Origin: Ginglymostoma cirratum
Lineage: Eukaryota
Length of the DNA: 64,000 bases
Assembly (NCBI GenBank): GCA_024137785.1
Contig: JAHRHZ010000002.1
Location: 4,667,828-4,731,827 of the forward strand
Direction of reading: 5' to 3'
Shown here: in pieces, positions 36,701 through 50,229 of the stretch
How the letters are laid out: every line of letters starts with the position of its first letter
Position numbering within the stretch: position 1 is the first letter of the stretch
Made by a program: the position numbers and the translations under genes
Notes under the pieces: model-generated
The model's input: the letters and a program-made list of their open reading frames with translations, nothing else
Database searches by the model: none
Told to the model about the DNA's origin: nothing

Positions 36701-38419
36701 CTTGAAATTAGATGTTCTTTCCTGTGCATTACACAGGTGCAGGTTTTATTGTCTCAAACAGCAGCAGGACCTTTCCTCTCCCCGGCTTTCTTTCTCTCCT
36801 TCCCCCTAGTTGGCAGGACCAGCTGGAACCAACTGCTGTCCCTGTTTCTGAGCACAGATTTTTTTAAAACCTCAAGTTTTGAGGAAGGATCACCAGACCT
36901 GAAACTTTATTTCGATTTTTTTCTTCACAGATGCTGCCAGGCCTGCTGACCTTTTCTGGCAACTTCTGTTTTGTTACAGAATTTTTTGATGCATGTTGCA
37001 TTTAAAAAAAAATTCTATTCTGCTTGCTGTATGCTATACAACTTGTGGACACGACTTTAGGTTGCTGGGTATCCACAAATCATTGCAACTGGGTAGAGTT
37101 ACAGCTGTTAAGCATTTGTCATAATTCGCTTTCCCAATGAGTCTCTGGAAATTTCACAAAGCCATTTATTACAGTTCCAGGATAACAAGGTGTGGAGCTG
37201 GATGAACACAGCAGGCCAAGCAGTATCACAGGAGCAGGAAGGCTGACGTTTCGGGCCTAGACCCTTCTTCTACAGTTCCACGCCATCTACTGACTAAACC
37301 TAACGAGTGTCCGGAGCAGACAGAATGGACAACTGGTGCAATTGGAATGACGTCACAATAACAGTCAAAATAATGTTGTAAGATGTAAATTTATGGGAAC
37401 GTACCAGATCAGCAGATTATAAATAGCAATTGACCATACATTAATATTTTAAACCATATTTTCAAACTGACGTAAAAATCATTTCAAAGCCTCAATGCAC
37501 TTTTCCAGAATGCCAACTTAATCTTGGATAATTATAACAGAATTAATGCAGTTCCAAGAAGTTCCATCTCCCTGCCATACTATCAAAGTGCTGCTGGGAC
37601 TAAACAGACTAAGTAAACTGGAATTGTTACCAAACATAATCTTAATTTTCTTTGAATCGAGTTTGAATAACACTTTTTCTCTTCACTACATTTTTTTTTA
37701 CAGAAGTGTTAAACGTGAGGCAATTGCTTTTATGGATGGCCATTCTCCACTAGATCACCCAGTGCAGACTATGGCTTGACTGTCGATGTGCTGGAAAAGG
37801 TGCAGATATTGATTTAATTACTACTGAAACAACAATGACAGACACAAACAGATACAGATGTCCTGTCTCTATCTGAATGTCCATTGATTAACTATGAATA
37901 TGCTTACACTGATGTTCACTTCAATGTAAAAGCGAAGTACTAGAGCAGCAAGCGTATCTCATCTTAAAATTTTTGTGCTATGGTCCTGCTACAAAATAAA
38001 TCCAAAATGAGTACAATATCGAGGTACATCAAAGCATGGGATAGGTGGCATCCGTAACTATCAAAAACCACATTATTCATGATGAAAACTGACAGAAGTA
38101 ATTAAGTGGACCTCAGGATCAAAACAGTGTGTAGAAGTGGACACTGGAGGAGGTAGTGATGAAAATTGAACTTTAAGAAAATGTTGGAATAATAACCTAT
38201 GCTGTATGCTACCTATAGCAGCATGACCTTCAGGAAATTTTATGTATTTATCATCTCTTCAATGTATTTCCTATCAAATGGCATACATTCTCTTTTTTTT
38301 TGGTTAATGTAATTAAGTTCAAAGCTTTGTCTGCAGTGAGCTGAATGGTGATGTCTCACATGGACATACGCTGAAAGCCTTTGTGCTGCTCTGGAGCATT
38401 ACTATTGTCTCATCTTATT

Positions 38420-38970
38420 TTACTGCTTCACTGGCACACCAAGCAAGTTACATGTCCATCCTTGGCCTCCTACAATGCCACAGTGATGCCACCCGAAGGC
38501 TGCAGGAACAGCAAATCATATTCAGCCTGGGAACCCTGCAGCCCAATGGCATCAATGTGGATTTCACAAGCTTCAAAATCTCCCCTCCCCCAACCGCATC
38601 CCAAAACCAGCCCAGCTCATCTCCACCTCCCTAACCTGTTTTATCCTCTCATCCCAAGCTACACCCCCATCTCCTATCTACTAACATCATCCCGCCCCCT
38701 TGACCTGTCCATCCTCCCTGGACTGACCTATCTCCTCCCTACCCCCCTACCTACACTCACCTTTACCGGCTCCATCCCCGCCTCTTCGACTTGTCTGCCT
38801 CCTCTCCACCCATCCATCCTCTATTCGCCTCCCCCTCTCTCCATATTTATTTCAGAACCCTCTTCCCCTCCCCCATTTCTGATGAAGGGTTTAGGCCCGA
38901 AACGTCAAGTTTTCCTGCTCCTATGATGCTGCTTGACCTGCTGTGTTCATCCAGCCCCATGCTTGTTATA
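38420..38970 (+). mobile_element. Penelope-like element 3' end: GIY-YIG C-terminus, C-rich UTR, hammerhead (38879-38906), tail
   Basis: MSILGLLQCHSDATRRLQEQQIIFSLGTLQPNGINVDF followed by CTGATGAAGGGTTTAGGCCCGAAACGTC. Confidence 0.85.
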
Positions 38971-41602
38971 CTGAAAGTAGAAGCAGCTTGTAGGGGTGGA
39001 GGGGGCTGGAGAAAAAGCAAAATACTGCAGATGCTGCAAATCTGAAATAAACACACACAAGACTGGAGAAGCTCAGCATCTATGGACAAAGAAACCAAGT
39101 TAACAGTGTATCCGGTTCGACTTTTCTTACACTGCTGTTCACATCAATGCAAAAGCAAAGTACTAGAGCAGCAAACATATCTCATCTTAAAATTTTAGTG
39201 CTGTGGTCCTGCTACAATTAAATGTGTAGTATGTAGATTCTGTCGCCCAATGAAGGAATGTGGGATGAGACAAGCAAATAGTCAGAGGAATCACTTCACA
39301 AAGCCTTCACTTGTAGGATTTTTCTCTAAATTTGCTTTTCTCCTCAGTCAATTTTTTCCCTTTACTCGAGTTCCCTTAATAATTCCTTTTCAACCTCCTT
39401 TCCTTAAAAGAGGGTAGATGGCAGCATGATAGTTCTGGCAGTAGTCTAGTAATGCAGAGATTCAGGCGATTTCCCTGGGGACATATGTTCAAACAGCAGC
39501 TGGGTAATTTAAATTTGATTAATAACTCTAGTTTGAATGACCATGAAATTATCATTGATTGTGATATCTGTTTCACAAATAACACTTTAGAAAAGAAGAT
39601 TTGTTATCCTTACTAGATTAGCCTACATGCAATTTCAGACCCACAGTAATATGGTTGACTTTTAACTGTCCTGAAATGCCCAAGCAATCCACTTCAAGGA
39701 CATTAAAGGTTGGTGACAATTGCTGACCTTGCCTGGTTCATGTCAATATTTTAGAAGTAATACATAGTTCTGAGAACTTTATCGTTGTGAAGTCAAGATA
39801 ATTAAAATTCTGGCCTTTAGTGATTGCGAGAATACCTAATGAAATAGCAGGTCAGAAGGTTCCCAAGTTTGTTCAATAGAAAAATAGAAAAGATATAGCT
39901 GTAAACAGCAGGTAGACTTCTGTAACTCAGGACATGATGTCCACACAGTTTGAAAAGTGTGCAGTTCAGTGAGCTGAAAGGATGTAAAACCTATCAAAAA
40001 ATAAATTTGTAAAAGAGAGATAATTGGCTTGAGGTCAGAGTGAATCTAGCCAATGTCAGGTTATGGAGATTAATGGATCTTAAGATTTTCTGTTTTCATT
40101 TTATATGGTTGCTGGGATTGGTGGCTAGTTGCAGTTTGGAACTATGTGTGTTCTGAAACACAAGTAGCTCCACAAAACAAAAGTGCTACTGTGAGCAGAC
40201 TCCAGGCAGTTAAGGCTCAGAAGTCCCAACAGCCACTTTTAGCTGGCTGTGGAGCTCAGGAGTGGACCCCAGGGATTATGACTCCATGCCATGGTAAAAT
40301 GTTTAGTGCTAAAAGGTTCACTGGAGCCATTGGTAGTTCAGTGCAATGGGAGTTAGCCGAAAGAAGCTTACAAACAGTTTTTGATTGGTGCAACCGAAAA
40401 AGATTGATGCTGAGAGACATTCTGCTGTAACTCACTGAAAGCAGATGTTTGGTAAAAGCTTTTGGTAAATTGGTAAATTTGTGCTGGTGATTAGACCCCT
40501 GCCAGTAGACTCTGGAATCCCAGGGAACTCTGTAATGGGTGAAGTCACTGAACTACAAATGGAATAAGTACTGGAGGCAGTCCAAGTCAGAAAGATTTTG
40601 AGGGCGTTCCAGGATCTTTGAAAGTGAAGAAGTGGAATCCCTTTTGGGATTGAGTTGCAATGAGAATTGGTGACCCACAGTATCACTGATACCTAGGTGG
40701 ATTTTTGAGAAATAAGACCATCACCTGTGGGACCTGTCTTGATGGTGTCAGCCATTTAAAGTGCAGCCTGTGGGGTTACTGAAGACAATTTGTTAACTCA
40801 TATGTATCTCATTTTAATTCTGAATGTTACAACACAAGCTATACAAATACATAGTAAGTTGTTCCACTTTTTAAACCTTGTATATTAAAGATTGCCTTTG
40901 CCATTTAAGTACAACCCTGGCACTTGTGTTCTTTTGCACATTATTTTCTTTTTGAAAAAATGGTCTGTCAAGTAAGAACATAACAAAGATTCATAACTGG
41001 AAATCCGAATACCTGCAAGAAATGCATCTCATGCAAGCATATGACACGACATGTTCTTGTAAAATAGATGCATTGGAATAGATTTATTTGTTCTCAAATA
41101 ATGCTTGGAAAGGTATCATTACAATCTGTCACTATACAGACATTACTGTTTGAAGTTTTGCCTTTGAGGATGAACTGGTCACTTTGGTAAATGGCTGCCC
41201 TGAAAATGGTGCACTTCCACGGTTTCTTACTGCTGTGGATAGACAGATGGGAAGCAATGCTAGATGTTCCTGAAGTTTGAGAGATGACATCCGCACTGGA
41301 AATTCTGCTCTTCTCACAATATAGTTGCAGTGGTTCTGGGTGAGGGTGAGGAGTATGGACAAGAAACTTGGATAATTCTTTGAAGCTGCTTTCAGATCTT
41401 TGAACAGACCTCTCAAATTTTAACATTGATCTCTCTTTGCACCTTCTTTGCAGCTTGCAACATTGTATTCTGCACACTGTCCTATTACCCTGATGTACTT
41501 TATATGGTATGACCTGCCTGTATAGAATGTAAAACAATATTTTTCACCCTGTTTTGATGCACAGTACTTTGTAAGGGAAGGAACTTGGTAGTGGAACAGT
41601 TT

Positions 41603-42778
41603 TTATCCCAAATTGGTACATTTATGTATTTCTAGAGAGGAGGAGTAGGTGAAGCAGTTTTGGCAGCTATTGCATTGGAATCGTCTGTTCCCATTGTGGG
41701 TATGCTGGTGTTTTGCGAGGTCTGATAATTGTGTGAAACCTTTATTGCAAAACTCACATTTGAACGGTTTTTCAGACGTTGGGACACACTGGTGTTTCAG
41801 GAAGTATGAAGAGCTCAAGAAAGCTTTGTCGCAAGCCTCACACCTGAATGGTTTGTCACCGGTGTGGATACGCTGGTGTACCACAAGGTATGCTGAGCTG
41901 CAGAAATCTTTGTTACAAATCTCACACCTGAATGGTCTCTCCTCTGTATGGCCTCGTTGGTGTACACGCAGGTACGAGGAGTTGCAGAAATCTTTGTTGC
42001 AAATCTCACACCTGAACGGTCTCTTCTGTGTGTGGACACGCTGGTGTTGTTGGAGACTTGATGACTGCGTGAAACACTTGTTACAATATTCACATCGAAA
42101 TGGTCTTTCTCCTGTATGCATGCGTTGATGAACACGAAGGTACGATGAGTTGCAGAAAGTTTTTTTGCAAACTGTGCACCAGAAGGGCTTTGTGTCTTTC
42201 CCGATGCATTTGTGTACCTGGAGGCTCAATGGCTTCGTAAAAGCTTTGCTACAAACTTCGCACTTGAACGGCTTCTCAGCGGCATGAGTGCGCTGATGTT
42301 TCAAAAGTAACGAGGAAAGTGTGAAAGCTTTGTCACAATTCTCACACCTGAAGGGCTTCTCACCTGTGTGGGTGCGCTGGTGTTCTAGTAGGCGCGAGGA
42401 TGTCACAAAAGCTTTGGCACAAATGTTGCACTTGAACGGTTTCTCTCCTGTGTGAGTGCGGTGATGTTCCACAAGGTGTGACTGCTTTAAGAAGGCTTTC
42501 CCACAAACTTTGCACTTGAATGGTTTCTCACCTGTATGTATCCGCCAGTGTTGCAGGAGGGTAGATGCTTGTGCAAAGGAATTGCCACACACTTCACATT
42601 TGAATGGTTTCTCACCTGTGTGAATGCGTAGGTGTTCCACAAGGCCAGACGCCTGTGCAAAGGGCCAGCCACAGATGTCACACTTGTATGGTTTCTCTCC
42701 CATGTACCTGTACATATGTTGACAACCACACTGCAACTTCAAATTCTTACAACGGAATGCTTTCTTGCCTGTTCCCAT
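41603..42778 (-). CDS. C2H2 zinc-finger protein, 13 tandem fingers, no KRAB/SCAN/BTB domain (ZF-A)
   Basis: 391-aa ORF with repeated CxxC-x12-Hxxx-H and TGEKPF linkers. Fingers 6, 11 and 13 end in H-x-C. By comparison with the paralogue, the real start may be MGEKPY (about 42703). Strong acceptor with the exon starting at 43247; AATAAA at 41083-41088. Confidence 0.9.
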   Translation of the reverse strand: MGTGKKAFRCKNLKLQCGCQHMYRYMGEKPYKCDICGWPFAQASGLVEHLRIHTGEKPFKCEVCGNSFAQASTLLQHWRIHTGEKPFKCKVCGKAFLKQSHLVEHHRTHTGEKPFKCNICAKAFVTSSRLLEHQRTHTGEKPFRCENCDKAFTLSSLLLKHQRTHAAEKPFKCEVCSKAFTKPLSLQVHKCIGKDTKPFWCTVCKKTFCNSSYLRVHQRMHTGERPFRCEYCNKCFTQSSSLQQHQRVHTQKRPFRCEICNKDFCNSSYLRVHQRGHTEERPFRCEICNKDFCSSAYLVVHQRIHTGDKPFRCEACDKAFLSSSYFLKHQCVPTSEKPFKCEFCNKGFTQLSDLAKHQHTHNGNRRFQCNSCQNCFTYSSSLEIHKCTNLG

Positions 42779-43579
42779 ATACCTGTGTTAGGAGGTCTGA
42801 CAGTGTGAGGATCTCTTCTCCCACCTCTTGCTGTTTACTGGACTTAGTTTTGAGCGTCCAGTCAAAAGAATGGTTGAAGCTACTTCCTCAGTTCAGATTT
42901 TAGTAGATTCTTACCTTAATGGTTGTGCCAATGCTTCAAGAATTTTATCAGTTGTGTGTGAAAGTCAGTGCTTGCGCAACTATGTCCATACAAGTCCCTT
43001 TGCCCTCTGGAATAAGTAAACTCAAAGCTCACCCTGGCTTTTGAAACATTGGTTTTGGAGAGGTGTTCAATAGTGATAATTAGTTTTGCTTCCTATAATG
43101 CATTGAAGTTCAGTTCTCTTGACTGAATGAATTTTCAGAAGATGATTTTGCTGTAGAGCCATTCTATGATGATCTGGATGCACTGCAGTTTTTGTCCTTC
43201 CTGTAATTTTTTCTGTACCGAACGTTATTTAGTCCAGTCTGATCCTTCTGTAAGACAGTAAAAAGAAATCATGAGATAAAAGGTACTGCAGATGCTGGAG
43301 AATCTGAGATAACAAGCATGGGGCTGGATGAACACAGCAGGCCAAGCAGCATCACAGGAGCAGGAAAACTCGACGTTTCGGGCCTAAACCCTTCATCAGA
43401 AATCATGATTTATCTTCTATCATCTCCCCTCTCCACCAAAGCTACTATCTGCACTCAGATCGCCCACATCCCTTCCCAGGACAGGAACTCTGTATTGCCC
43501 AACCTGACTTGATCAGCTACCTCAGCAGTCTTTTGTTGAATGTGAGCTCTTATGATTGTTTTGTTACTCTATCTTCCAG

Positions 43580-44182
43580 CTAAAATGGAGGAATAAAGGC
43601 TTTGCAGAATACGTCCACACAGTGCGTAAGCATGACCCTGACCTGCCCGTAGCGGGTCATTTTAAACACAGCGTCCTGCCTGCATGCCCACTTGTCTGTC
43701 CTCGGCATGCTGCAATGCTCCAGTGAATTACAGGGCAAACTGGAGGAACAACATCTCATCTTCAGACTGGGCACTTGACAATCTTCACTACTTAATATTG
43801 ACTTCAACATCTTCAAATTGTGAACCCACTGCTATTCCTTACCTTTCTTTTCGCTTTACTTCTTACAATCTTGGTCACCCTTTCTGCCACACCCCCTGCT
43901 CAGTGGGACTATCTGTTCTTTCCAATCCGGCAGTTAGACACATCATTGCTAAGCCATTCTCACATTCCAATCACTTAATCTGAACTGAACTATCAACACC
44001 TTATCTGCCCCAGCACTCCACTCCCCTCCCGCTACCATTGCGCAAATGCTGCCCCCTCCACACTTGATAAAGGGTCATCTAGACTTGAAACATCGGCTTG
44101 CTTCTCTCCATGGATGCTGCCTGACCCACTGTGATTTCCAGTATTTTTTGTTTTCAGTACGAATTCTGCAGTAATTTGCTCC
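43580..44182 (+). mobile_element. Second Penelope-like subfamily 3' end (GIY-YIG relic plus tail)
   Basis: HLSVLGML..GKLEEQHLIFRLG. The UTR and tail are homologous to 34630-35025. Confidence 0.7.
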
Positions 44183-44419
44183 TACACCGAATAAAGGGAG
44201 TCATGTGTCCTGCTGTGCGTTCTGCCTGACAACAAGCTTGGGCAGTTTGATGACCGTGAATAAGTGGGAGTAAAGTGGTCAGTTTGACTTAGTGAGAGAA
44301 GGTACAACTGTTCATTAACAGAATATTGTGACAGCTGTGCTAACAGTGGGTAGACATTATCTCCAACTCCAGGCAAAAACCTTTTAATCTAAAAATGACC
44401 ATGAATGTAACCCACATTT

Positions 44420-45440
44420 TGAACATAAGAAATAGGAGCAGATTCTGTTGACCATTCAGTTCCTCACATCTGCCCCACCATTCAATAAGATCATGGCTGA
44501 TCTGCCTCAACTCCTCTTTCATGTCAGCTCATCACTGCCCTCAACTCCACAATATTTTAAAATCCAGCTACCTCTTTTCGTTCTTTCAGCGATATAGCCT
44601 TCACAACTCTCCTAGGTAGGGAATTCTAGACATTTGTTACCATCTGGGAGAAGGAATTTCAATTGTATTTCAGTTTTAAATGTGTGTCCCCTTATTCTGT
44701 AATTGTGTCCTCTAATCTAAGATTCTCCCATCTTCTCAAAATCTAATCTGCCAAGCACTCTCAGAATCTTGTATATTTTCAGATTATTATCCCTCATTTT
44801 TCTAAAGTATAATGAATAAAGGCCAGACCTGTTCAGGTAATCTTAATAGGTCAACCCCTTAATCCCTGGAATGAGCCTAGCGAATCTGTTTTGAACTGCT
44901 TCCAATGCCAGTACATCCTTTCTCAAATACCAGGAACAAATACGTACAAAATTTTCCAGATGTGGCCTCACCAACGTCCTGTACAGTTGTACAAAGACTT
45001 CCCTTTTTCTAAACTCCATACCCTGAGCAATAAAGGCCAAAATTCCATTTTTCTTCTCAATTATTGCTGCATCAGCATGTTAAATTTGTGTTATATGTAC
45101 AAGCACACCCAGGTCCCTCTGTGCTGCACATTTCTGCCCCCACAATTTCCCATGCACAAAATTATGCTAAATATTCCTAATCAATCCTTGCCTTTCTAAA
45201 TGCATATAAATTCTCTCCCTCAGAATCCCGTCCAACAACCTACCCACTATTGATGTAAGATTCACCGGTCTATAGTTTCCTAGCTTTTCCATACAACCTT
45301 TCTTAAATAATGGCACCACATTAACCAATCTCCAGTCTTCTGACACCTCATCATGGCTATTGATCATGGACATATCTCAGCGAGTGGCCCAGCAATCTCT
45401 TCCCAAGCTTCCCGCAAAGTTCTGTGAAACACTTGTTCAG
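44420..45440 (-). mobile_element. CR1-type LINE fragments
   Basis: LYRTLVRPHLE, EDWRLVNVVPLFKKG..GNYRPVNLTS. Confidence 0.8.
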
Positions 45441-45444
45441 GTAA

Positions 45445-45790
45445 CAGAATCCATAGAATCCCTACAGCGTGGACGCAGGCCATTCAGTCCATCAAGTCTA
45501 CACTGATCCTCCGAAAGGCATCACACCCAGACCCACTCCATCCCTGCATTTCCCATGTTTAACTCATCTAGCCTGCACATCCCTGGACACTTTGGGCAAC
45601 TTCACATGGTTAATCCACCTAACCTATACATCTTTGGACTGTGGAGGAAACTGGAGCACCCGGCAGAAACCCACACAGACACAGGGACAATGTGCAAACT
45701 CCACACAGCCAGTTGCCCAAGGCTGGAATTGTACCCAGGCCCCTGGCGCTGTGAGGCAGCAGTGCTAACCATTAAGCCACCATGCCACCT
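45445..45790 (-). mobile_element. HE1/V-SINE
   Basis: V-domain and tRNA head on the minus strand. Confidence 0.85.
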
Positions 45791-46199
45791 GGGGATTTAT
45801 CTACCTTTATGCATTTTAAGACCTTCAGCACCTCCTCTTCTGTAATATAAACTCTTTCCAAATGTCGTTATTTATTTCCCCAACTTCCCGCGCTTCCATG
45901 TCCTTCTCCACAGTAAATACTGATGTAAAATATTCTAATACGGGCAGTAAATAATGGAGGCCTGAGGATTGGTGCTTCTGGGCATGTCACTAATATGTCT
46001 TTCCAATCTGAAAAAGAGCATTCAATCCTGACTCTGGATTACACACAGGAGACAATCTTCAGTCCATGCTAATATATTACCCCTGATATGGTGAACTGCT
46101 ATCTTATGCAATAACTGTTTAATTTGTCACCTTATTGAATGCCTTCTGGAAATGAAAATGCACTACATCCACTGATTACCCTTCATCAATTCTGCTTGT

Positions 46200-47800
46200 T
46201 ACATGGAAACATAGAAAATAGGAGCAGGAGTAGGCCATTCAGCCCTTTGAGCTTGTTCTGCTACATGTTATTGTAATAGCTGCTCATCCAACTCTATAGC
46301 CAATTCCTGCTTTCCCACATAGTTTTGATCCTGTCAGGCCCCGAGTGCTAGATGCAACTCCATTTTGAAATCATACAACGTTCTGGCCTTGACTGATTTC
46401 TGCGGTAGCAAATTCCACAAACTCACCAATGATTTATGAAATTTCTCTTCATCTCAGTCCTGAATAGTTTACCCTGTATCCTTAGACTTTGGCCCCTGGT
46501 TCTGGACACCCCAGCCATTGGGAACGAACATCCTTTCTTCACCAATCCCATCTAGTCCTGTTAGAATTTTATAGGTTTCTATCAGATCATGTCTCATTCT
46601 TTTATCCTTCAGCAAATAAAAATGGAACCTCTCCTGCCATCCCAGGAATCAGCCTGTTAAACCTTTGCCGTACTCCCTCTAAAACAACAGCATCCTTCCT
46701 CAGATAAAGGAGACTAAAATTGCACAAGATATTCCAGGTGTGGTCTAACCAAGGCCCTGTACAATTGCAGCAAGAGATCCCTGCTCCTGTACTCAAAACT
46801 AGTCACCACAAAGACACACATACCATTACCCTTCTTGACCTCCTGCTGCACCTTTATGCTTACCTCAGTGCCTGGTGTACAAGGACACCCAAGTCTCATT
46901 ACGCATTCTCCCATCTCAATTTATAATTCTCACTTTGCTGTTTTTGTTTCCCAAAATGAATAACTTCACATTTATCTGCATCCTACAGCATCTGCCATGC
47001 ATTTGCCCACGCACTCAGCCTGTCTAAATCACACTGAAGCATTTCTGCATCCTCTTCACAGGTCACCTTCTCACTCAGTTTTGTGTCATCTGCAAATTTG
47101 AAGATACTACATTTTATACATCATTCTTTTATATCATTAATATGCATCATGAAAAGCTGGAGTTCTAGCACTGATCCCTACGATCCATTTCAATAATACT
47201 AACCTCTGATGTGGGATTTTGTTGAAAGGTTTCTGAAAGTCTAAATAAACCACATCTACTGGCACCCTCATCAGCTCAGCCAGGTACATCTACGAAGAAC
47301 TCCAGCAGATTTATGAGCATGATTTCCATTTCATAATATCTATGCTGACTCAGTCTCGTCCTGACATGATTTCCAAGTGCAGGTTGAAGTCACCCATAAA
47401 TACAGACATTCCTCTATTGCATACAATCACTAATTTACTTTTTCATGCCATTCCTTACATCACCCCTACAGCTTAGGGGTCTACATACAAACCCCACTAC
47501 TGTTTCTTCCCCTTGGTGTTTCTTGTGCTATTCATAGATTCCACATCTTTGGAGCTAATATTCTTCTTCCCTACTGCGTTAAAACTTTTATGATGTACTC
47601 CCTACTACCAATGTCAGTCTGTCTGGTTTATAATTCCTGGTTTTCTCCCTGCCTGCCTTATAAAATAGATTAATTAGTGGTCCTCCAAAGTGCAGGAACA
47701 GCTCCAGCATCTGTAGAATCTTGGAAGATGACCAGTAATGCATCCAGTATTTCTAGGCTCCCTTCTTTAATCTGGGATGTAGATTATCAGGCCCTGGGGG
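46200..47800 (-). mobile_element. CR1-type LINE fragments
   Basis: FEYRSRDLLLQLYRALVRPHLEY, KFADDTKL and DFQKPF motifs. Confidence 0.75.
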
Positions 47801-48032
47801 CTTATTGGCCTTTAATTTCCACAACACTGATTCTCTACAAGTACTGTTTTCCTTCAGTCTCTCACTCTCACTGTACCTTCCCCAACATTTATGGTATGTC
47901 ATTTGTGTCCTCCATTGTGAGCACAGAACCAAAGTACGTCATTTGGTACGCCTTAGTTTTTGATTGGAAACTCTTCTCGATTATCTTTGTTAACCACAAG
48001 TGGTTCATCTTTCTCATCGAGTCCTTTTTGAC

Positions 48033-48280
48033 CGGGCGACTGTCTGTGTGGAGTTTGCACATTCTCCCCATGTCTGCTTGGGTTTCTTCCAATGCTCCGG
48101 TTTCCTCCCACAGTCCAAAGATGGGCAGGCTAGGTGGACTGCCTATGCTAAATTGCCCATAGTGTCTAGGGTGGGAATTGGAGGGGCAGGTTAGGGGGTC
48201 GGATGCAATTCAGAGGGTCTGGGTGGACTCAATGGGCAGAATAGCCTGCTTTTGCATTGTAGGGATTCTATTCTATTCTA
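48033..48280 (+). mobile_element. HE1/V-SINE (5'-truncated)
   Basis: V-domain and tail. Confidence 0.8.
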
Positions 48281-48559
48281 CGCTCAAACATTTCAACACT
48301 GGTGGTAATCCTCAATGTGTACTTAGTACTGGCTGGAGCAAGTTCTGCACAGAGCTTATTAATGGCACACTCACGGGTTCCCAACCATAGTACCTGTGAA
48401 AAAAAACCAAAAGAACTGCGGATGCTGTAAATCAGGAACAAAAACAAAGTTGCTAGAAAAACTCAGCAGGTCTGGCAGCATCTGTGGAGGAGAAAACAGA
48501 GTTAAAGTTTCGGGTCCGGTGACACTTCCTCAGAACCTTCCTCAGAACTCAGTACCTGT

Positions 48560-49240
48560 GGAACAGACAGACCTAATGGCACAAGTGCATGGTTCTTTGA
48601 ACCTGGTGTTGCAGGTAGACAGGATGGTGAAGAAAGCATTTGGCAAGCTTGCCTTAATCGGTCAGAGTGTTGAGTATAGAAGTTGCGATGTTATGTCACA
48701 ACTGTACCAGACGTTAATAAGGCCACATCTGGAGTACTGCGCACAATTCTGGTTGCCCTGCTATAGGAAAGATGTTACTAAATTGGAAAGTTTACAAAAA
48801 AAGATTTACAAGGACGTTACCAACACTGAAGGGCTTGAGTTATAAGGAGAAGCTGGATAGGCTGGGGCTTTTTTCCCTGGAGTGTAGGAGACTGGGGGTG
48901 ACCTGATAGAGGTTTATAAAATTGTGAGAGGCATACATAAGGAAAATAGGCAAGGCCTTTTTCCCAGGAAACAGTTTAAGGTAAGAGGGGAAAGATTTTA
49001 AAGGGGCCTGAGGGGCAACTTTTTCACACAGAGGGTGGGGCCTATATTGAATGAACTGCCAGAGGAAGTGGTAGAGGCTGGTATAATTACACTTAAAAGA
49101 CATTTGGATGGGTACATGGATTGGAAAAGTTTAGAAGGATATAGGCCAAATGCAAGCAAATGGGACTAGTTCTGTTAAGGAAACCTGGTCAGCAGGGACA
49201 AGTTAGACCGAAAGGTCTATTTCAGTGCTGTATTACTCTG
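48560..49240 (+). mobile_element. CR1-type LINE 3' fragment
   Basis: QVDRMVKKAFG..LIRPHLEYCAQFWLP. Confidence 0.85.
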
Positions 49241-50229
49241 AGTTGTCCTTTCCTTTTTCTCGTTATCTGGGGATGATTTTTGGCCACACAAACTCTCGAA
49301 AAGGTCCCCCAAACTCTCTTCACAGGCTACTATCACTGGCATAAAAAAGTCAACAGAACAGTCACAAAAAAACTTAACTGACAGCAAGTTTTTAACCATA
49401 AAAAAATCAATAATGAAACATTCGCCACTTTTGGGGTGGGGTTGGGGTGGGAGTAGTGGGACAAGGAGCATAACAGGAAGAAAACTGTAATCCGTGGAAC
49501 AAATATAGGGTGGGAATGGAATAGAATATCTCAGTAGGATCTCTACTTGAGCAAGTTTAATTAAAAAGTCAAATCCTTCAAATCCGAATGAAAAGTCAAA
49601 GCATCGGTTCTTTCCAAAACTGGCAACTGAACTGAAAGCTTCCAGTTCTGTTTTGTTTCAGTACACCAGATGATTGTCAGTTTCCCCGGAATGAAGCTAG
49701 TGTTTATTAATTTAAAAAAAAATCCAAAGCATATCGATTTCAGTTAAGAGTGGGCCCAGACTGGCCCCCATTTTTTAAAACGGACTTACATTTTAAAAGG
49801 AGCTGGACAAGATGAGACTTCCACATGCAGCAGGAGTTCCTCTGTCTCTCACTGTAGATGGTTTCTCAACACCAGCAGGAATTCTCAGACCCTGCAACTC
49901 CCAGATGATCACTTTTTCTCATTTTCATTTCAGTCTCATTTTCAGTAAGAGCCCATCAGGAAGGGAATGCTTCACTGAGCACCAGTAAAACAGTTCAGCA
50001 CAAAGCACGGATTAAACAGGCCCTCTTTCGGCAATTCTCCTTTTTGCCCTTCCTGATAGTCCCACTGCAGAATCAGTCTGATCTGAACGTTCGTGAACAT
50101 TTGATAGTGTAAAGTTCGTACAAACCTCCATTCTTTCCCTTAGTCTACACTCTGACATTATGCAAATATTTACGTCTAGTGGACAGGACGCAGAAAGGAG
50201 GAAAGAAATAACAGGGACACTGGGTATAT

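Noticed and set aside
41649-42128. Antisense ORFs over the ZF genes (also 62408-62650)
   Set aside because: Usual shadow frames of ZF repeats.
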